A stretch of 64,000 nt of DNA, from the NCBI RefSeq assembly GCF_002113885.1, contig NW_018404662.1:1040114-1104113 (forward strand), read 5' to 3'. Shown piece by piece: positions 37,921-51,558 of this stretch. Source of the DNA: Mizuhopecten yessoensis (lineage: Eukaryota). A program made the position numbers and the translations under genes. The stretch's first letter is position 1, and the number at the start of each line of letters is the position of its first letter. The notes below the pieces were generated by a model. The model had not been told where the DNA came from, did no database searches, and saw only the letters and a list, made by a program, of their open reading frames with translations.

Positions 37921-38639
37921 TGCATTGGTGCCTGTGATCAACCCTTGTTTCAAGTACATGTATTGTGTGTCAACCTGGCAAGGGACTTTTCGAACCTGGG
38001 TTGTGAATATAGTGTTGTCTTTGACTGAGCAAATTTACTTTGGAAAGGAAGGACGAATGTAGCATGGTATTCACTGGGACTGGGTTGATCACTGTTGACC
38101 AGGTAGCTCCATTGGTTAGAGCATCCATCTAGAGTTTGGAGGTCAGGGGTTTGAATCCTGATTTCGCTGTACATACATGCATTTTCCCTCTCCTATAAAC
38201 CCAAGTTTCCTGAGGAAACTGGGACTACCTTAATTTCCTGTTGCACATGTGTTGCAGAACTGATCAGGGTCAATTGCCAGTAACCAGGTATGGTATAGCT
38301 CATCGCGATCAGGTAGCAAGTTTGGTTAGAGTGTATACTAGAGTTTGGAGGTCCTGAGTTTGATTTCCAATCTGGCCATGAAGTTTTCAGCAATACAGTG
38401 CCAGTGGTGCCTGTGATCAAGCACTGGGTGTAATCTTGGTAAGGGGATCAATACCCAAACCAGGATTGTAAATAGTCTTGTCTTCAGGGGCAAAGAAATT
38501 GGGGGTATGAATTTAGTGGAACTGGACTAAGGTCAATCGCTTGCAATCGGATAGCTCAGTTTGTTAAATCATCCATATATAGTTTGAGGACCTAGGTTCA
38601 AATACTGGTCTTGCTTTGCAGTTTTAACCCCCTTTTACA
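37921..38639 (+). mobile_element. Tandem miniature LTR element (TRIM-like) with tRNA-like sequence in its LTRs
   Basis: PBS-like TGGTGCCTGTGA at 37926 and 38405, purine tracts before the LTR starts (38058, about 38512), three A/B-box tRNA-like segments. Confidence 0.6.
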
Positions 38640-39366
38640 CAGGGATCTGAGAATTTGTTACAGCTATATTTGGATCTGAATTGAGGTGTTCAGAGAAATG
38701 TGGCACATTTTAGGCTAAGGGGTGTAGATGAATTTTGGTAAAATTGCCACATTAAATGATGGTATATACCAGAATAGAGGAAAGCTCTCAATGTAAATAA
38801 ATTGACCCCACAAAACTACATTTCTAGTTGCATTGATGTACAAAAAATGGTTATACAAATGTAGCACCATTGGGAAGATGGATAATTTTCTTTTAGAAAC
38901 CTCCTACATGTATATATGCATACAAAAATGTATTCCTTTCGCAGACATGATCTTTGCTTTCTCCAACATTACATCAGACATACCATTTCAATCTTTCAAA
39001 GTTTTTCACAGTCATAGAGCCACTATTCCCCTGTGACAGACACAAATATACTGAACAGGGGTTCACTGCCTTGGAGCTGAATCACAAACAAATATTAAAT
39101 TAATTAACACCTCAAAATCAGTTGTAGAACTCCATACTTGCAATCAATTACTTCAAAATCATTTCAATCAGTAAAAGAACTTTTTTCCCAATCATACATG
39201 ATATAGCAGATCTCTGACCATCTAGACCTGCGATTGATTATGAAAGTGAATATCAGATTTGAAAGAGCACTAATGAGAGGGTATGTGACATTATAATTGA
39301 CATGCATTTATAACACAATAGTAAAAGTAGAACAAAACAAAGCTTAGTAAGTTTATTGTAAAGAAT

Positions 39367-39705
39367 TGTCACCCTTGTTATTAGCAAGTCACTTCCTACC
39401 GACTCGGGTGGGGAGAATTTCTCTTTAGCTCATTTGGTAGTTCCGGATTTCAATCCGAGTGGAGGCAGAGAAAAACAATGACCTCTGTTACCTTTCCTCC
39501 TACCTAGCTGTCACAAGCATTGCTGTTACTTCTGAGAACATTTCAACACTCTGGACCAGTTATTTCCTAGAAGGAGTATATGTCTCCCTAGTAAAAATAT
39601 TAGCAACTTCCTCTGGACTTGGCTAAGGAGAATTCCCTTTAGCTCATTAAATAGAGTGTCAGACTAGCAAACAAAGAGGTCACAGGTTCAACTCCCAGCA
39701 CAGTA
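39367..39705 (+). mobile_element. Second miniature LTR-like element with tRNA-like LTR segment
   Basis: Direct repeats starting TGTC at 39367 and 39581, first ends TGTCACA (39515), purine tract AGAAGGAG before the second, TAGCTCA...GGTTCAACTCC. Confidence 0.5.
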
Positions 39706-39998
39706 AAGGGTCAAAGGTCAAGCATATGGGGGTCAAAGTCCTAAAATAATGTTTCTCCTGGCAATCCTTTCTGAGTGGCTTGGTATTCACTATGGGACTA
39801 CATGTCACCATGAACTGTCAGGTCAAGGTCATAGCAGGGAGTGAAAGGTCAAATATATATTAAAGTGCTTCATGGCTCATTTTATTCCTAATGAAATGTC
39901 ATGCAGAGATGTGTCATGACAAGACAGTATGGAGGGCTATGATCACCAGCTGTATTTCAGTATGCTTGTTTCTGTATGTTGATATCAGTGAATAACAG

Positions 39999-40481
39999 TT
40001 TTTAGCTCACCTGGCCCAAAGGGCCAAGTGAGCTTATGGCATGGTGCGGCATCCGGCGTCAACTTTTTACTTTAAACAACTTATTCTCAGTAACCAAAAG
40101 GCCTAGGGTGATGATATTTGGCCAGAAGCATGCTGGGATGAAGGGCTACCAAGTTTGTTCAAATCAATGACCTCCGCCCATATTCAAGGTCACAGTGGTC
40201 AATATATGTTTAAATCTTTAAATGATTTGTTCTGTATAACCAAAAAGTCCAGGGTAATGATATTTTCCAAGAAGCATGCTAGGTTGGAAGACTATAAATT
40301 CTGTTCAACCTAATGTTCTTGTTTGACATTCAAGGTCACGGGTGTCATATGTTTAAATATTTTAATAGGTTCTTATTAATCAAACACTGATATTCTGCCT
40401 GTAGTTGTATTTTAGTCCACTTTTAAGATAACAAGTGTTAAATTTAATACCAGGCGATTCAGGCCTATTTGGCCTCTTGTT
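39999..40481 (+). mobile_element. Non-autonomous Helentron/DINE-1-like element, second family, two about 147-bp core repeats
   Basis: TTTTTAGCTCACCTGGCCCAAAGGGCCAAGTGAGCT start; AGGCC-TATTT-GGCCT hairpin plus CTTGTT end. Confidence 0.85.
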
Positions 40482-41509
40482 AGTATATCTTGTTTATTTT
40501 AAGTGGGAATTTATTCAAATTTGGCTAGATCCTATGATCATGGGATGCTCTTAAAATATTAGATGCTATAAAACTTAAGACCCTTATTTAATACCAGATC
40601 CTCCCGTAGGGTCTGATAAGTGCCTGGGTCAGTGCCCAAAGGGGCAAAATTGGCTTAAATTTCCACAGTCTTCTTCTTCATATCCAAAAATCTTAGAATC
40701 AACTACTCTTCATAGATGAAAATGTCATATTAAAAGTGCTTTATTACAAATATAAACTTTTTTTGACGATAATTTACAGAGACACATTTTTGAGTATTTC
40801 TTTTAATTGGGGGGAGGGGGGGTGATTTAGAAATGGTTTTAATCATCAGGGGATGGCAGTTTGATAGCATGAACATTTGAACCCTGATCCCTTTAAGTTA
40901 TGTCACAAACAGCTGCATTCAAGACATAGCTTTCAAACCTTTGGGTCCTTGCATAAGTTTTTTGGCTTCAACTTGATATGGGGACATAGCTCACATTACA
41001 TGGAACAAGCAATCTGGCTGGAGTTTGATAGTTGTTTTTTAGTAGGGGAGACCCAGATACAATCAGTCCACCACCTTGTTTCTACATAGTACTTGGAATT
41101 GCATGTCTGGTTTAATTTTGGTAATGGTTTACTTTGTAATTTAGTCTATACATCTATATTGTGGCTGTCAGTTTTGTGTAACTGGATAAGAAGAATGTGT
41201 TCCTTGACTAGTGTTATTTGAATGGAACTGATGCTATTCAGAACGATTGTCAGCTTATTATAAACTGCTCTGTGTTTTAAAAGAGTACATGTATACTGAA
41301 TGTTCATTGCATATTGACACAGATACCCAAATTCCATTCTAAATGCATCCAGTCAAGTGTGAAGTGATTGTAATATGTCACGTTATACTTATGTATTAGC
41401 AATGCTCACTGTGTTGTGTTTTATCAAAGACAAATAAAGTATTTCCTAATGTGGTAAATATGATACACAGGTGTTCATCCATGCAGAAGATGCTGTCTAG
41501 AATAGCATC

Positions 41510-42612
41510 AAGACAACCTTCCTCAAATTGATAACCCTACTCTAATAGACAACCATCCTAAAATAGACAACCCTCCTTAAATAGATAACCCTCCTCCAGT
41601 AGGCCACTTCCCTCCAGGAGACAATTTTCTTCTAATATTAGATAACCCTCCCCCAGTAGGCCACACTCCTCAAATAGATAACCCTCCTCCAACATACAAC
41701 CTTAAAACTTCCTCCAACAGACAACCCTCATCCAGTAGAGCATCCTCCTCCATCAGACAACCCTCCTCCAGTAGAGCATCCTTCTCCCGTAGACCACCTT
41801 ATAGCTTTCTCCATCAGACAACCTTTCTCCAGTAGAACATCCTCCTCCATCACATAACCCTTCTCCAGTCAACAACCCTCCTCCAGTATAGCACCCTTCT
41901 CCATCAGACAACCCTACTCCATCAGACAACCCTACTCCATCAGACAACCCTCCTACATCAGACCATCCTCCTCCATCACACAACCTTCCTCAAATAGACA
42001 ACCCTCCTCCAGTAGACAACCTTCCTCAAATAGATCACCTTCCTCCAACAGACAACCCTCCTAAAATAGATAACCCTGCTCAAATAGATAATCTTGCTCC
42101 AACAGAGTCAAACCTTCTCGAATAGAAAACCCTCCTCCAGACCCTCCTCCAGTAGATGAGCCACCTCCAGTAGGCAGCCCTTTTCCATCAGACAACCCTC
42201 TTCCATCAGACAACCCTCCTCCAGTAGACAACCCTCCTCCAGTAGACAACCCTCCTCCATCAGACAACCCTCTTCCATTAGACAAACTTCCTCCGTCAGA
42301 CAACCCTCCTTCATCAGAAAACCCTCCTCCATCAGACAACTATCCTCCAGTAGTTAACCTTCCTCAAATAAATAAACTTTCTCCACCAGACAACCCTCCA
42401 TCACTAGACCACCCTCCCTCCTCCAGTAGACCTTCCTCTTCCAGTAGACAACCCTCATCTAATAGACAACCCTCCTCCAGTAGACAACCCTCCTTCAGTA
42501 GACAACCCTCCTCCATCAGACAATCCACCTCCATCAGATAACCCTCCTTCAGTAGACAACCCTCCTCCATCAGACAATCCACCTCCATCAGATAACCCTC
42601 CTTCAGTAGACA
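41510..42612 (+). repeat. 18-bp minisatellite, degenerate on the left and homogeneous on the right
   Basis: Unit AGACAACCCTCCTCCA(TC/GT); explains the GGLSD ORFs. Confidence 0.95.
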
Positions 42613-43253
42613 TCACAATAGCCTTCCCTTTTCCAATAGGCACTTGATTCTCCCAAAGACATTCCTCCTGTTATACATCCTTTCCTACCTTTTAGATAGC
42701 TTTGCTACATAAAAATTATAACATTGTTTTCTTTACTTAGTATATCGACTTCCTCTCCAAATTGTTAAATGAAATTGATATACTGGGTATATACTCCAAG
42801 AATTTTAAAGTTTGTGTGTTGGGTGGTGGTGTTGTTTCAGGGCGGGGGGAGAGACGATTTTATTCCAGGCCTTCATCTGACTTTCAAGACAATAATGCAT
42901 GTAAATCAGTGATTTTCAAAATTTGGTTTCTTTCATTTACTGCATTGTCCAACATATCACTAAGCATAATTTGTGTTCTGAAAGATATGGTTTACATATT
43001 CACAGGCTGCCTCATACCACAAGAGGCCAGAGATTACAAATAGGGTTTATTGTGTACAGACCTAAAACATATATTAAATGTTTATCATTTATACGCCACA
43101 CCGGCTGGTAATAGTTACACTGGTTCCTATCTTATCAGAGACATAATATCTGGTCCTACACTTTAATACAAAATGTTGATAAAAGTTAACGTAATATAAG
43201 TAAATATGAAACATAACAGTTCTTTTCAAGTAATGGTATAAATACATAATGTA

Positions 43254-43344
43254 TTAACTCATTCACCCCTGAAGACACATTTGAACTCTTTCAATTCAAA
43301 GGTTGGAACAGTTCATTATGATATTTCAGGGGTGAATTAGTTGA
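43254..43344. mobile_element. Short piggyBac-like MITE
   Basis: TTAA-CTCATTCACCCCTGAA ... TTCAGGGGTGAATTAG-TTGA terminal inverted repeats. Confidence 0.7.
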
Positions 43345-43939
43345 TTGAGACATCAACAAAATCCTGTTTTTGGCTTATACTTATAGAAGCACAAGATCAG
43401 GCATTGCAGCTGTAATTCACAAGTTCATGCCATGATTTACTTCTCCTTGTAACTGTTTACATCAAGTGCAAAATGTTTGTTAACTATGGCAAATAAATAT
43501 CCCAAGATATAACAGGTTTTGTTACTTTGGACACAGGAGCTGGGAAATGGTTTGGTTGCGAGTTATTTTCAGTTGGACACAGTGGTTGTGGATTGGTGCC
43601 CCAATGGCCTCTGTGATAATATCTCTTTACTTTGAGCTCAGCTCTCTGTAGAGTGCTGCATCAAAAAACCTCACAGAATGTTTTGATACAGGAATATTAC
43701 AGGAACAAGTTGGCATGGTGTTGATTTAAACGAGCTTTTCCCTAAAACACAACTAGTGGTGGGATCCAACTACATACCATGCTGGAGTGGAGTTGTTTAT
43801 GGGAATGTGGTGGGGTTTACAGATATACATGTATGCTTGAACACACATATATAAACACATTTTAAAAGCTTAACAGACATTCTAAGTTAATTTATAATTT
43901 AATTTATATTGTCAAACTAGAAATATCAAATTTATACAT

Positions 43940-44053
43940 GTCTTACTTAAACATTGATCACTATTAAAAGGTTTACAAATGTCTTACTTAAACATTGATC
44001 ACTATTAAAAGGTTTACATAGTCTTACTTAAACATTGATCACTATTAAAAGGT
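43940..44053 (+). repeat. About 41-bp tandem repeat, 3 copies
   Basis: GTCTTACTTAAACATTGATCACTATTAAAAGGT. Confidence 0.95.
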
Positions 44054-44366
44054 GCTCATTAAGCTGGCTTATATGATTTGTTTTTACCAAGACAGAAAAC
44101 AAATGTTTGACCCCATTCCAAGGTCATGTCTTGCACGTATTCTCCTGATGATGATCAGCGTAACATTTGCCGACCCGGACCTGCCTGGAGAATATGATGC
44201 TATGAGACGCGGGTGAACAGTTCATCATATAATTGTTGTAAAAACACTTAATGAAAGTAAGATAACTACAAAGGATTGGTGTGGGTTTGTCCAGTCCTGA
44301 CTGAAGTGGACGTCATGGAAGGCAGTTTGAATATCCGGCTACTAGTTTGTGATACTACTGCTTTCT

Positions 44367-44875
44367 GGTGTGTACACTACAGTGATTACATTGAAGTGTA
44401 CTTATAATTAATGGTGTGTACACTACAGTGATTACATTGAAGTGTACTTATAATTAATGGTGTGTACACTACAGTGATTACATTGAAGTGTACTTATAAT
44501 TAATGGTGTGTACACTACAGTGATTACATTGAAGTGTACTTATAATTAATGGTGTGTACACTACAGTGATTACATTGAAGTGTACTTATAATTAATGGTG
44601 TGTACACTACAGTGATTACATTGAAGTGTACTTATAATTAATGGTGTGTACACTACAGTGATTACATTGAAGTGTACTTATAATTAATGGTGTGTACACT
44701 ACAGTGATTACATTGAAGTGTACTTATAATTAATGGTGTGTACACTACAGTGATTACATTGAAGTGTACTTATAATTAATGGTGTGTACACTACAGTGAT
44801 TACATTGAAGTGTACTTATAATTAATGGTGTGTACACTACAGTGATTACATTGAAGTGTACTTATAATTAATGGT
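44367..44875 (+). repeat. 46-bp minisatellite, 11 identical copies
   Basis: GGTGTGTACACTACAGTGATTACATTGAAGTGTACTTATAATTAAT. Confidence 0.98.
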
Positions 44876-47749
44876 TGCAATTTAGTCAATGATTAGTTTA
44901 CTGATACGTGTCACTCAATAATTAAATCTGGCTGTGGTATTGTCTGCTTCTTCTTCTGATTTTCAGAACGTTTTTCTGACCACTACCAGAACTGCATTTT
45001 TTTTTTTTATGAATATAAATATCTGGATATACTGGTATTGTGTTAATGAATGAGTATAAATACTTACCAAAAAGAAAAAATTGCAAATCCTCTACAGATA
45101 TATTAACTTTTTTATAAAAGTTTTTATAACACTTTTAGATTTGTTCATATGGCTCCTTTCTCGTGAAAGATTTTAAAGTATGAAGTAAATTTAATAAGGA
45201 TGACAAAGTATATTGTTCCCAAGTATCAAACTACCGGTATATAATGTAACAGTTATCCCCCCTGGTACATGGGAAAAGGATGCTATTTCCTCTGGGTTCT
45301 GTAATAAAGGGTTCAAAGATGGTCGTCCCTGATTTCAGCTAAGCTTTGTTCTCTTCCTGGAATGATTTTTATTTCAAAACAAATGCGACTAATAGTTAAA
45401 ATACGATGAGAAATTAGTACAAGATCCATAAATATATATAAAAAAATATTGTACATGTATCAGTTTGTGCTTCTAAGAAACGTATTCTAGTTTTATTTTA
45501 TGACAAGTGTTTCAAAACCAGATAGCTGTACATATATCATGATATAATTTATGAAATATTTGGATATGGACAAGGAAATCTGGAATTCTGAAAAAATGAC
45601 CTTATTTGTTCACAAAAGAAGTAAATGACCAAGTAAAAGGCTTAAGAATGTGCAAATGTTGGTTAAGATAGCCATTGGTTTGTTACTTGTAAGTTTGCAA
45701 TCATAACATTCACTGGGAGAAATTCACTAACAACTGCGTATACACATAGATGTATATATCTTTGTAATACATGTGTTATCTTTGTTGGAATGTTTATTAC
45801 AATGCTTGGTGTAATTATTAGTTTTTTTAACTTGTGTCTAATCCCATTTGTATTTTGCAAATTTTATAAGATCAATAAAATTATCATAAGTTTTTGTTGT
45901 TCAAAAGGTAGCTTTTAATGAAAAGTGAGGTGGAAGTCTACATGCTCGCCAAAAGGTTGTTAAAAATAAACAAGTATATATATCTCTGTAGTCTCATGTA
46001 CAGTAAACTCAGTTAACTAATTAATTAAGCTGTGATCTTTTGTCTAGCTAAAAGTTTCTTTGGGGATACTCAATAAATTGTTGGTAAAATTCTTACCTCA
46101 TTTTGTTTTTTTCATTTGATGTAATAGTATCATGAGACAGCTCGATTACAGGGACATTTCTTTATGTAAAGATGTAAAGGAAGGCCAATCTGTCCCCTAC
46201 AATCCTGTCTGGATGGCATAGGAACAACCACATAAGTAGTGACTGGATCAATTTTGTTTACATGTTTTATTTCAAAGTTTACTTAAAATGACTGTACAAT
46301 GGATTTTTGACAGGGTAAGGAAATAAACAGGAGGCATAATATATTGAAAAACAGAACAAAAGACTAAATTTGTACTGTGATATGCTTCAAATGTAGAAAT
46401 GTTTCAGCAGTAAGTATATGCCAAATCATAGTGGTTTAAATTACTAAAGGTGGATTATTACCTATCTTTAAAGGCAAAATGTTTAAAAACATATATACCC
46501 TATGTGTTTTAGTATAATAACACAGGGTATTGACAGTGTAAATATGGTATTTATATTTAGCTGTCCGTGTCATAATATCATGATTTTGTTAAAACCTCAG
46601 CAATGAGCAAGCTTGTTATTGTTGTAATATTTCAAATTTTGAAATGCTCTAATACAGGAAGCGGAGCTGGAAGTGATAGGCCTGCTTGTTATGACATTTA
46701 TCCCTGCCTGGTACAAATACTTATACCTGGTCACGCGCACAAGTGTCAGCTGTGCAGGGCTGATGTTTACCATAGAATTGGTAGTATACCATATAACATA
46801 AAACACCCAGATTGAGATAAATAAAACAGACAACCTGTTGGTGTTGGATATGGTCTGGGCGTGACAGGCTGTTGAAGTGTTGGCCAAATGATCGAGGTGT
46901 CACAGCACATCACTTTGAGACTGAGATATATTGGTGATATTATCAACAGGAATTTGATTATATAGAATGCTATAAAGATATAGATATTATTTTGTGTTCT
47001 ATTTATTGTGAGTAATATTTTTCAGGGCATATCTTGATCATTTACTTTCTCACCTACAATTGCCAAATTTTGCATGTGAGTCTCTCTTCAGATGGCAGAT
47101 CCAGAGTGCCACAAACTTAAATTAGGACTAGTACTAATGCCACACTACTAGAGTTACAGCCCTTTATTTGTCATGAATGATATTGTCCAATGTATATCTC
47201 ATATACTCTGTCAGCTACAAATGTAAAAATGTGCATGTGAATACCTATTTGGATGGTGGGTTGTCCATGTTGAAATCAAGTGCTTGCACCCCACTACATT
47301 CTAAGTTATTGCCTTAGTGTATTTTTGACACCAAAGTTTTCGTAGAGGCATGGTACATGTACTTATGCATGGTAATAATTTGCCTTGTTAGAATGGCTAC
47401 GGTACCATTTTAGTAGAGAATATGGGATGTTTATTAGAATGGCTATGGTAGACATTTGTAAGTGTATTTTAATTGAAGTATATATAGAATGTTTATTTGA
47501 GTGGCTATGGTAGACATTGTGTGTATGAGTGAGTATATAATTGAATTAAAGGATGTTCATTAGGATGGCTATGGTAGGCCTTTTAGTATATGTAAGCATT
47601 CTTTAAGAGGTCGTACAAGGGGAGAAGAAATCCACACCTCTTACTCCACAAACAACAGTGTTGAGTTACAATATGACAAAGTGGCCTAAGTGTTTACAAA
47701 GAAAAGGAAGATGACACTTCTCTTCACACTTGTGACAGATAGATAGAAA

Positions 47750-48840
47750 GAAAATATAATGAGAGGGACAGACAGACAAAAAGAAGCGCCAGTTATAATG
47801 AGAAGGATAAAAAGACAGAAGGAAACGATAATTAGACTAGTGATAGACAGAAAGAAGGAAATTATAATGAGAAGGATGAACAGAGAAAAAGATAGAATTA
47901 TAATGAGAAGGATGAACAGAGAAAAAGATAAAATTATAATGAGAAGGATGAACAGAGAAAAAGATAGAATTATAATGAGCGGGATGGACAGAGAAAAAGA
48001 TAGAATTATAATGAGCAGGATGGACAGAGAAAAAGATAGAATTATAATGAGAAGGATGAACAGAGAAAAAGATAGAATTATAATGAGAAGGATGAACAGA
48101 GAAAAAGATAAAATTATAATCAGAAGGATGAACAGAGAAAAAGATAGAATTATAATGAGCGGGATGGACAGAGAAAAAGATAGAATTATAATGAGCAGGA
48201 TGGACAGAGAAAAAGATAGAATTATAATGAGAAGGATGAACAGAGAAAAAGATAGAATTATAATGAGAAGGATGAACAGAGAAAAAGATAAAATTATAAT
48301 CAGAAGGATGAACAGAGAAAAAGATAGAATTATAATGAGAAGGATGGACAGAGAAAAAGATAGAATTATAATGAGCAGGATGGACAGAGAAAAAGATAGA
48401 ATTATAATGAGAAGGATGAACAGAGAAAAAGATAGAATTATAATGAGAAGGATGAACAGAGAAAAAGATAAAATTATAATCAGAAGGATGAACAGAGAAA
48501 AAGATAGAATTATAATGAGTGGGATGGACAGAGAAAAAGATAGAATTATAATGAGCAGGATGGACAGAGAAAAAGATAGAATTATAATGAGTGGGATGGA
48601 TAGAGAAAAAGATAGAATTATAATGAGCGGGATGGACAGAGAAAAAGGTAGAATTATAATGAGCAGGATGGACAGAGAAAAAGATAGAATGATAATTAGA
48701 AGGATGAACAGAGAAAAAGATAGAATTATAATGAGCAGGATGGACAGACAGAAAGAAGAACATTGAAATGGATGGATAGATGAAAAGTATGGCATATAAA
48801 TGAACAGGATGGACAGACAGAAAGAGGATAATTATAAAGA
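47750..48840 (+). repeat. 36-bp purine-rich minisatellite with 180-bp higher-order period
   Basis: AATTATAATGAGAAGGATGAACAGAGAAAAAGATAG; explains ORFs at 47686-48795. Confidence 0.97.
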
Positions 48841-51477
48841 AATAGATTGACAGACAGGAAAAATTAAATTCTAACAGACACTAAGATAGACATTAATTTC
48901 ATAAAATTCATTAGAGGAAAAGATACATTTTTATTTGGACTGTTATAAGGCCTGGTCTGTGAAAGTCGTCAATCTACATTTTTTATATGACAGATTGATA
49001 TTTTGTCACAGTAATATAAATTTTAGAATTAAAAATCAAATTAGACAACTGAATTAATATATAAAAGCTTTACAATGATTGAAAATTTGAAAACTTCATT
49101 TTTGCAATCCATTAAAAGATATTAGTGTTTTTAGTAAGAATTATCAAACCTTGGCGATTCTTTGTAACTTTCGAGAGAGAAGTGTAGGGAAATTTGTTTG
49201 CCTGTTTCCTATATGACACAAACATGTATCATCACAGATGATCATGAATGTAAGGATATATTTGACTTGCAGTTAAGTGCAACATGTGCATATATATAAT
49301 ACATTTATGGGAAATAAAGGAAGTGCATGATACATGTATAGGTAGTACATTCAGGTATTGTATGCAAATTGTTGTCGTCTGTTTGTTGTTGACTTTGTGT
49401 CGTTGGGTTTGTGGTACTCTGCGGTTTTTGTGGTTGTTGTTGTGCGCAGTAACTTTATATACAGGTCAGACATGTGATTGTGACGAGGAGAATAATACAG
49501 ATGTAATGAATGAACTTGTTAGGATACAGATGACTCATTTCCACCAGCTGTCTTTGTAGTAGGTCTGTCATATGGGTCAAGTCTAGGTGCATTGTAGTAG
49601 CAATCAATGCACATAATACATGTAAACTTATAGATATAATAATGGCCACTTGTCAGTTTGTCGGTCACTGACCGGTGACACAACACCACCACCGTTCAGG
49701 ACAATACATCTGTCATCTGCTATGAGTAAATCTAACAATTTTTTGTCCGTCTGTGAAGAGTTACCCATATTTGGTATAACTGATTTAATTTTCTGCAAGT
49801 AGTTTCAGCTTTCCTTATATTATACAAGTATATATATAAAGTGTGTGACTATGACTCTAAACTATTAAGTCTCATAAATAATAATGTCAGGATGAATAAT
49901 TGTGAACTCGTATAGCTACTTGACATCATTTCAGCGGAATCTCATCAAAGCTTATCTTTGCTTATCAGAGTATATACGGCGGTACGTCTTTTACCTTTTT
50001 AATCCAAAGTGACTTAATCAATAAAACTTGACTAATATATTTATTATATAGGTAATGTGTTAGAGGGCACCCATCCATAGACCATGCTCAATGTTGCTTT
50101 TAGTGTATTTAGCCAGTCCCATCATTATAAAGTATTTTTCCTTCATAGTCCTTGGATGCTAATATAGCCTGCTATATTATTCGCTTCACCAAGAAGCTAA
50201 GACTCGGCCTGGGAATACCACGAGGTCCTTCTCTTGAACCAATGCTCCGTCCCTGCCACCCTATCCATGGGAACTGGCTTTACATGATGACCCAGGGTCA
50301 CGATGCCATCACATGTAAAGTGCTAGCGGGCACCTATCCAGCCACTGACCAAAATGATGTTGCTTAACTATTGAGATAGTCCTTTGGTCATACTGCATCT
50401 CTGACAAAGCTAGGTATGCATAGCTTTCCAGTACGTACATTTCCTCATATCCTTGGCTTCTACATATATATATTAAACACAGTTCTGTCAAATATTGTTC
50501 CATGGGCACCAATATACTTGTTAAATTTTCAGTCAGACCTGTTCCTTTTTCAGCACTATTGCTGTCTTTAAATTGCAGGGATGATACCAATCTACACAAC
50601 ACCGGGTATAACATAGGCAACATAACTGTGACGCAATAATGGGCATGGCCAATGATTATATCGAAGGGCAGATCACGACCCTTATCACAATATTGGCATT
50701 TGTCTAGTTATAATTACGGTACATTCAGGCATTTATGCAGCATTTTAACCAATCATTTACAAATTACTTTGTTCAGTATACAGTTCTTATTTATCACAGA
50801 TGATGGGGAAGCAAATCATGTTGAGTCTGCCATAATATTTTCTTTGCATTTAAAATATCGAGCATGTTTTAAATTCTCTTTCTCTGATATTCAGTAAAAG
50901 ACAATGAAGATACTAGAATGTTATGTAATAATTATCCTGCAAGTAACATATACCGGTAATGTTTACTAAAAATGGCCATTATTTGCAGAAATTAATTCTG
51001 TTAATAGCAGAATCTTGTATGACATAGACATTTGAGTTTCACAAATTTGATTCAGCAAGGCGTTGTATAAGAACATATGGGTTTGTTGATACACAGGTTG
51101 TTGTCCTTCAATGATAAATGGACCTCTGTAAGATATCATGGCACTTGAGTATTCTAACTAATTCTAATGTTTTGTTTCTATAGCTGTGATTAAGTTTAAC
51201 CCATGTTTACAGTCATTGACCCCTCAGGGGTAACATTTGTACAATGGCCGGTCATTAACTCAATGGCTGAATCAGCGAAAAACAATTATTGTAGCCAGCA
51301 TTGATATTGTTTATAACAAATGTTAGTACTTCCATGTGATTACATTACTAGATTTAGTTTTGTTTCAGACTGCTTTTTTCAACTGGAACTTTTTCTCCAA
51401 CATTAGGTTTTCTAGGAATATATTATTTATATATATTTATTGAAATGTGTTTACACTGTTGATTTCATTGACTGCTT

Positions 51478-51558
51478 TTGTAAGGTGTCTCACTGATTAT
51501 CCGTGTTTGTAAGGTGTCTCACTGATCATCCGTGTTTGTAAGGTGTCTCACTGATTAT
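51478..51558 (+). repeat. 29-bp tandem repeat, about 3 copies
   Basis: TTGTAAGGTGTCTCACTGAT.ATCCGTGT. Confidence 0.9.

Noticed and set aside
41753-42643. Gly-rich shell-matrix-like ORFs (GGLSD)n
   Set aside because: An 18-bp minisatellite with frameshifts; no signal peptide or splice support.
44367-44875. Palindromic CRISPR-type repeat
   Set aside because: No spacers; it is a pure tandem repeat.
46658-46960. Cys-containing exon-like segment (PAN-domain-like)
   Set aside because: Stops in all plausible frames and no clear donor; at best a decayed fragment.
47686-48795. Long 308-369-aa ORFs
   Set aside because: Produced by a stop-free 36-bp repeat, open in several frames on both strands.
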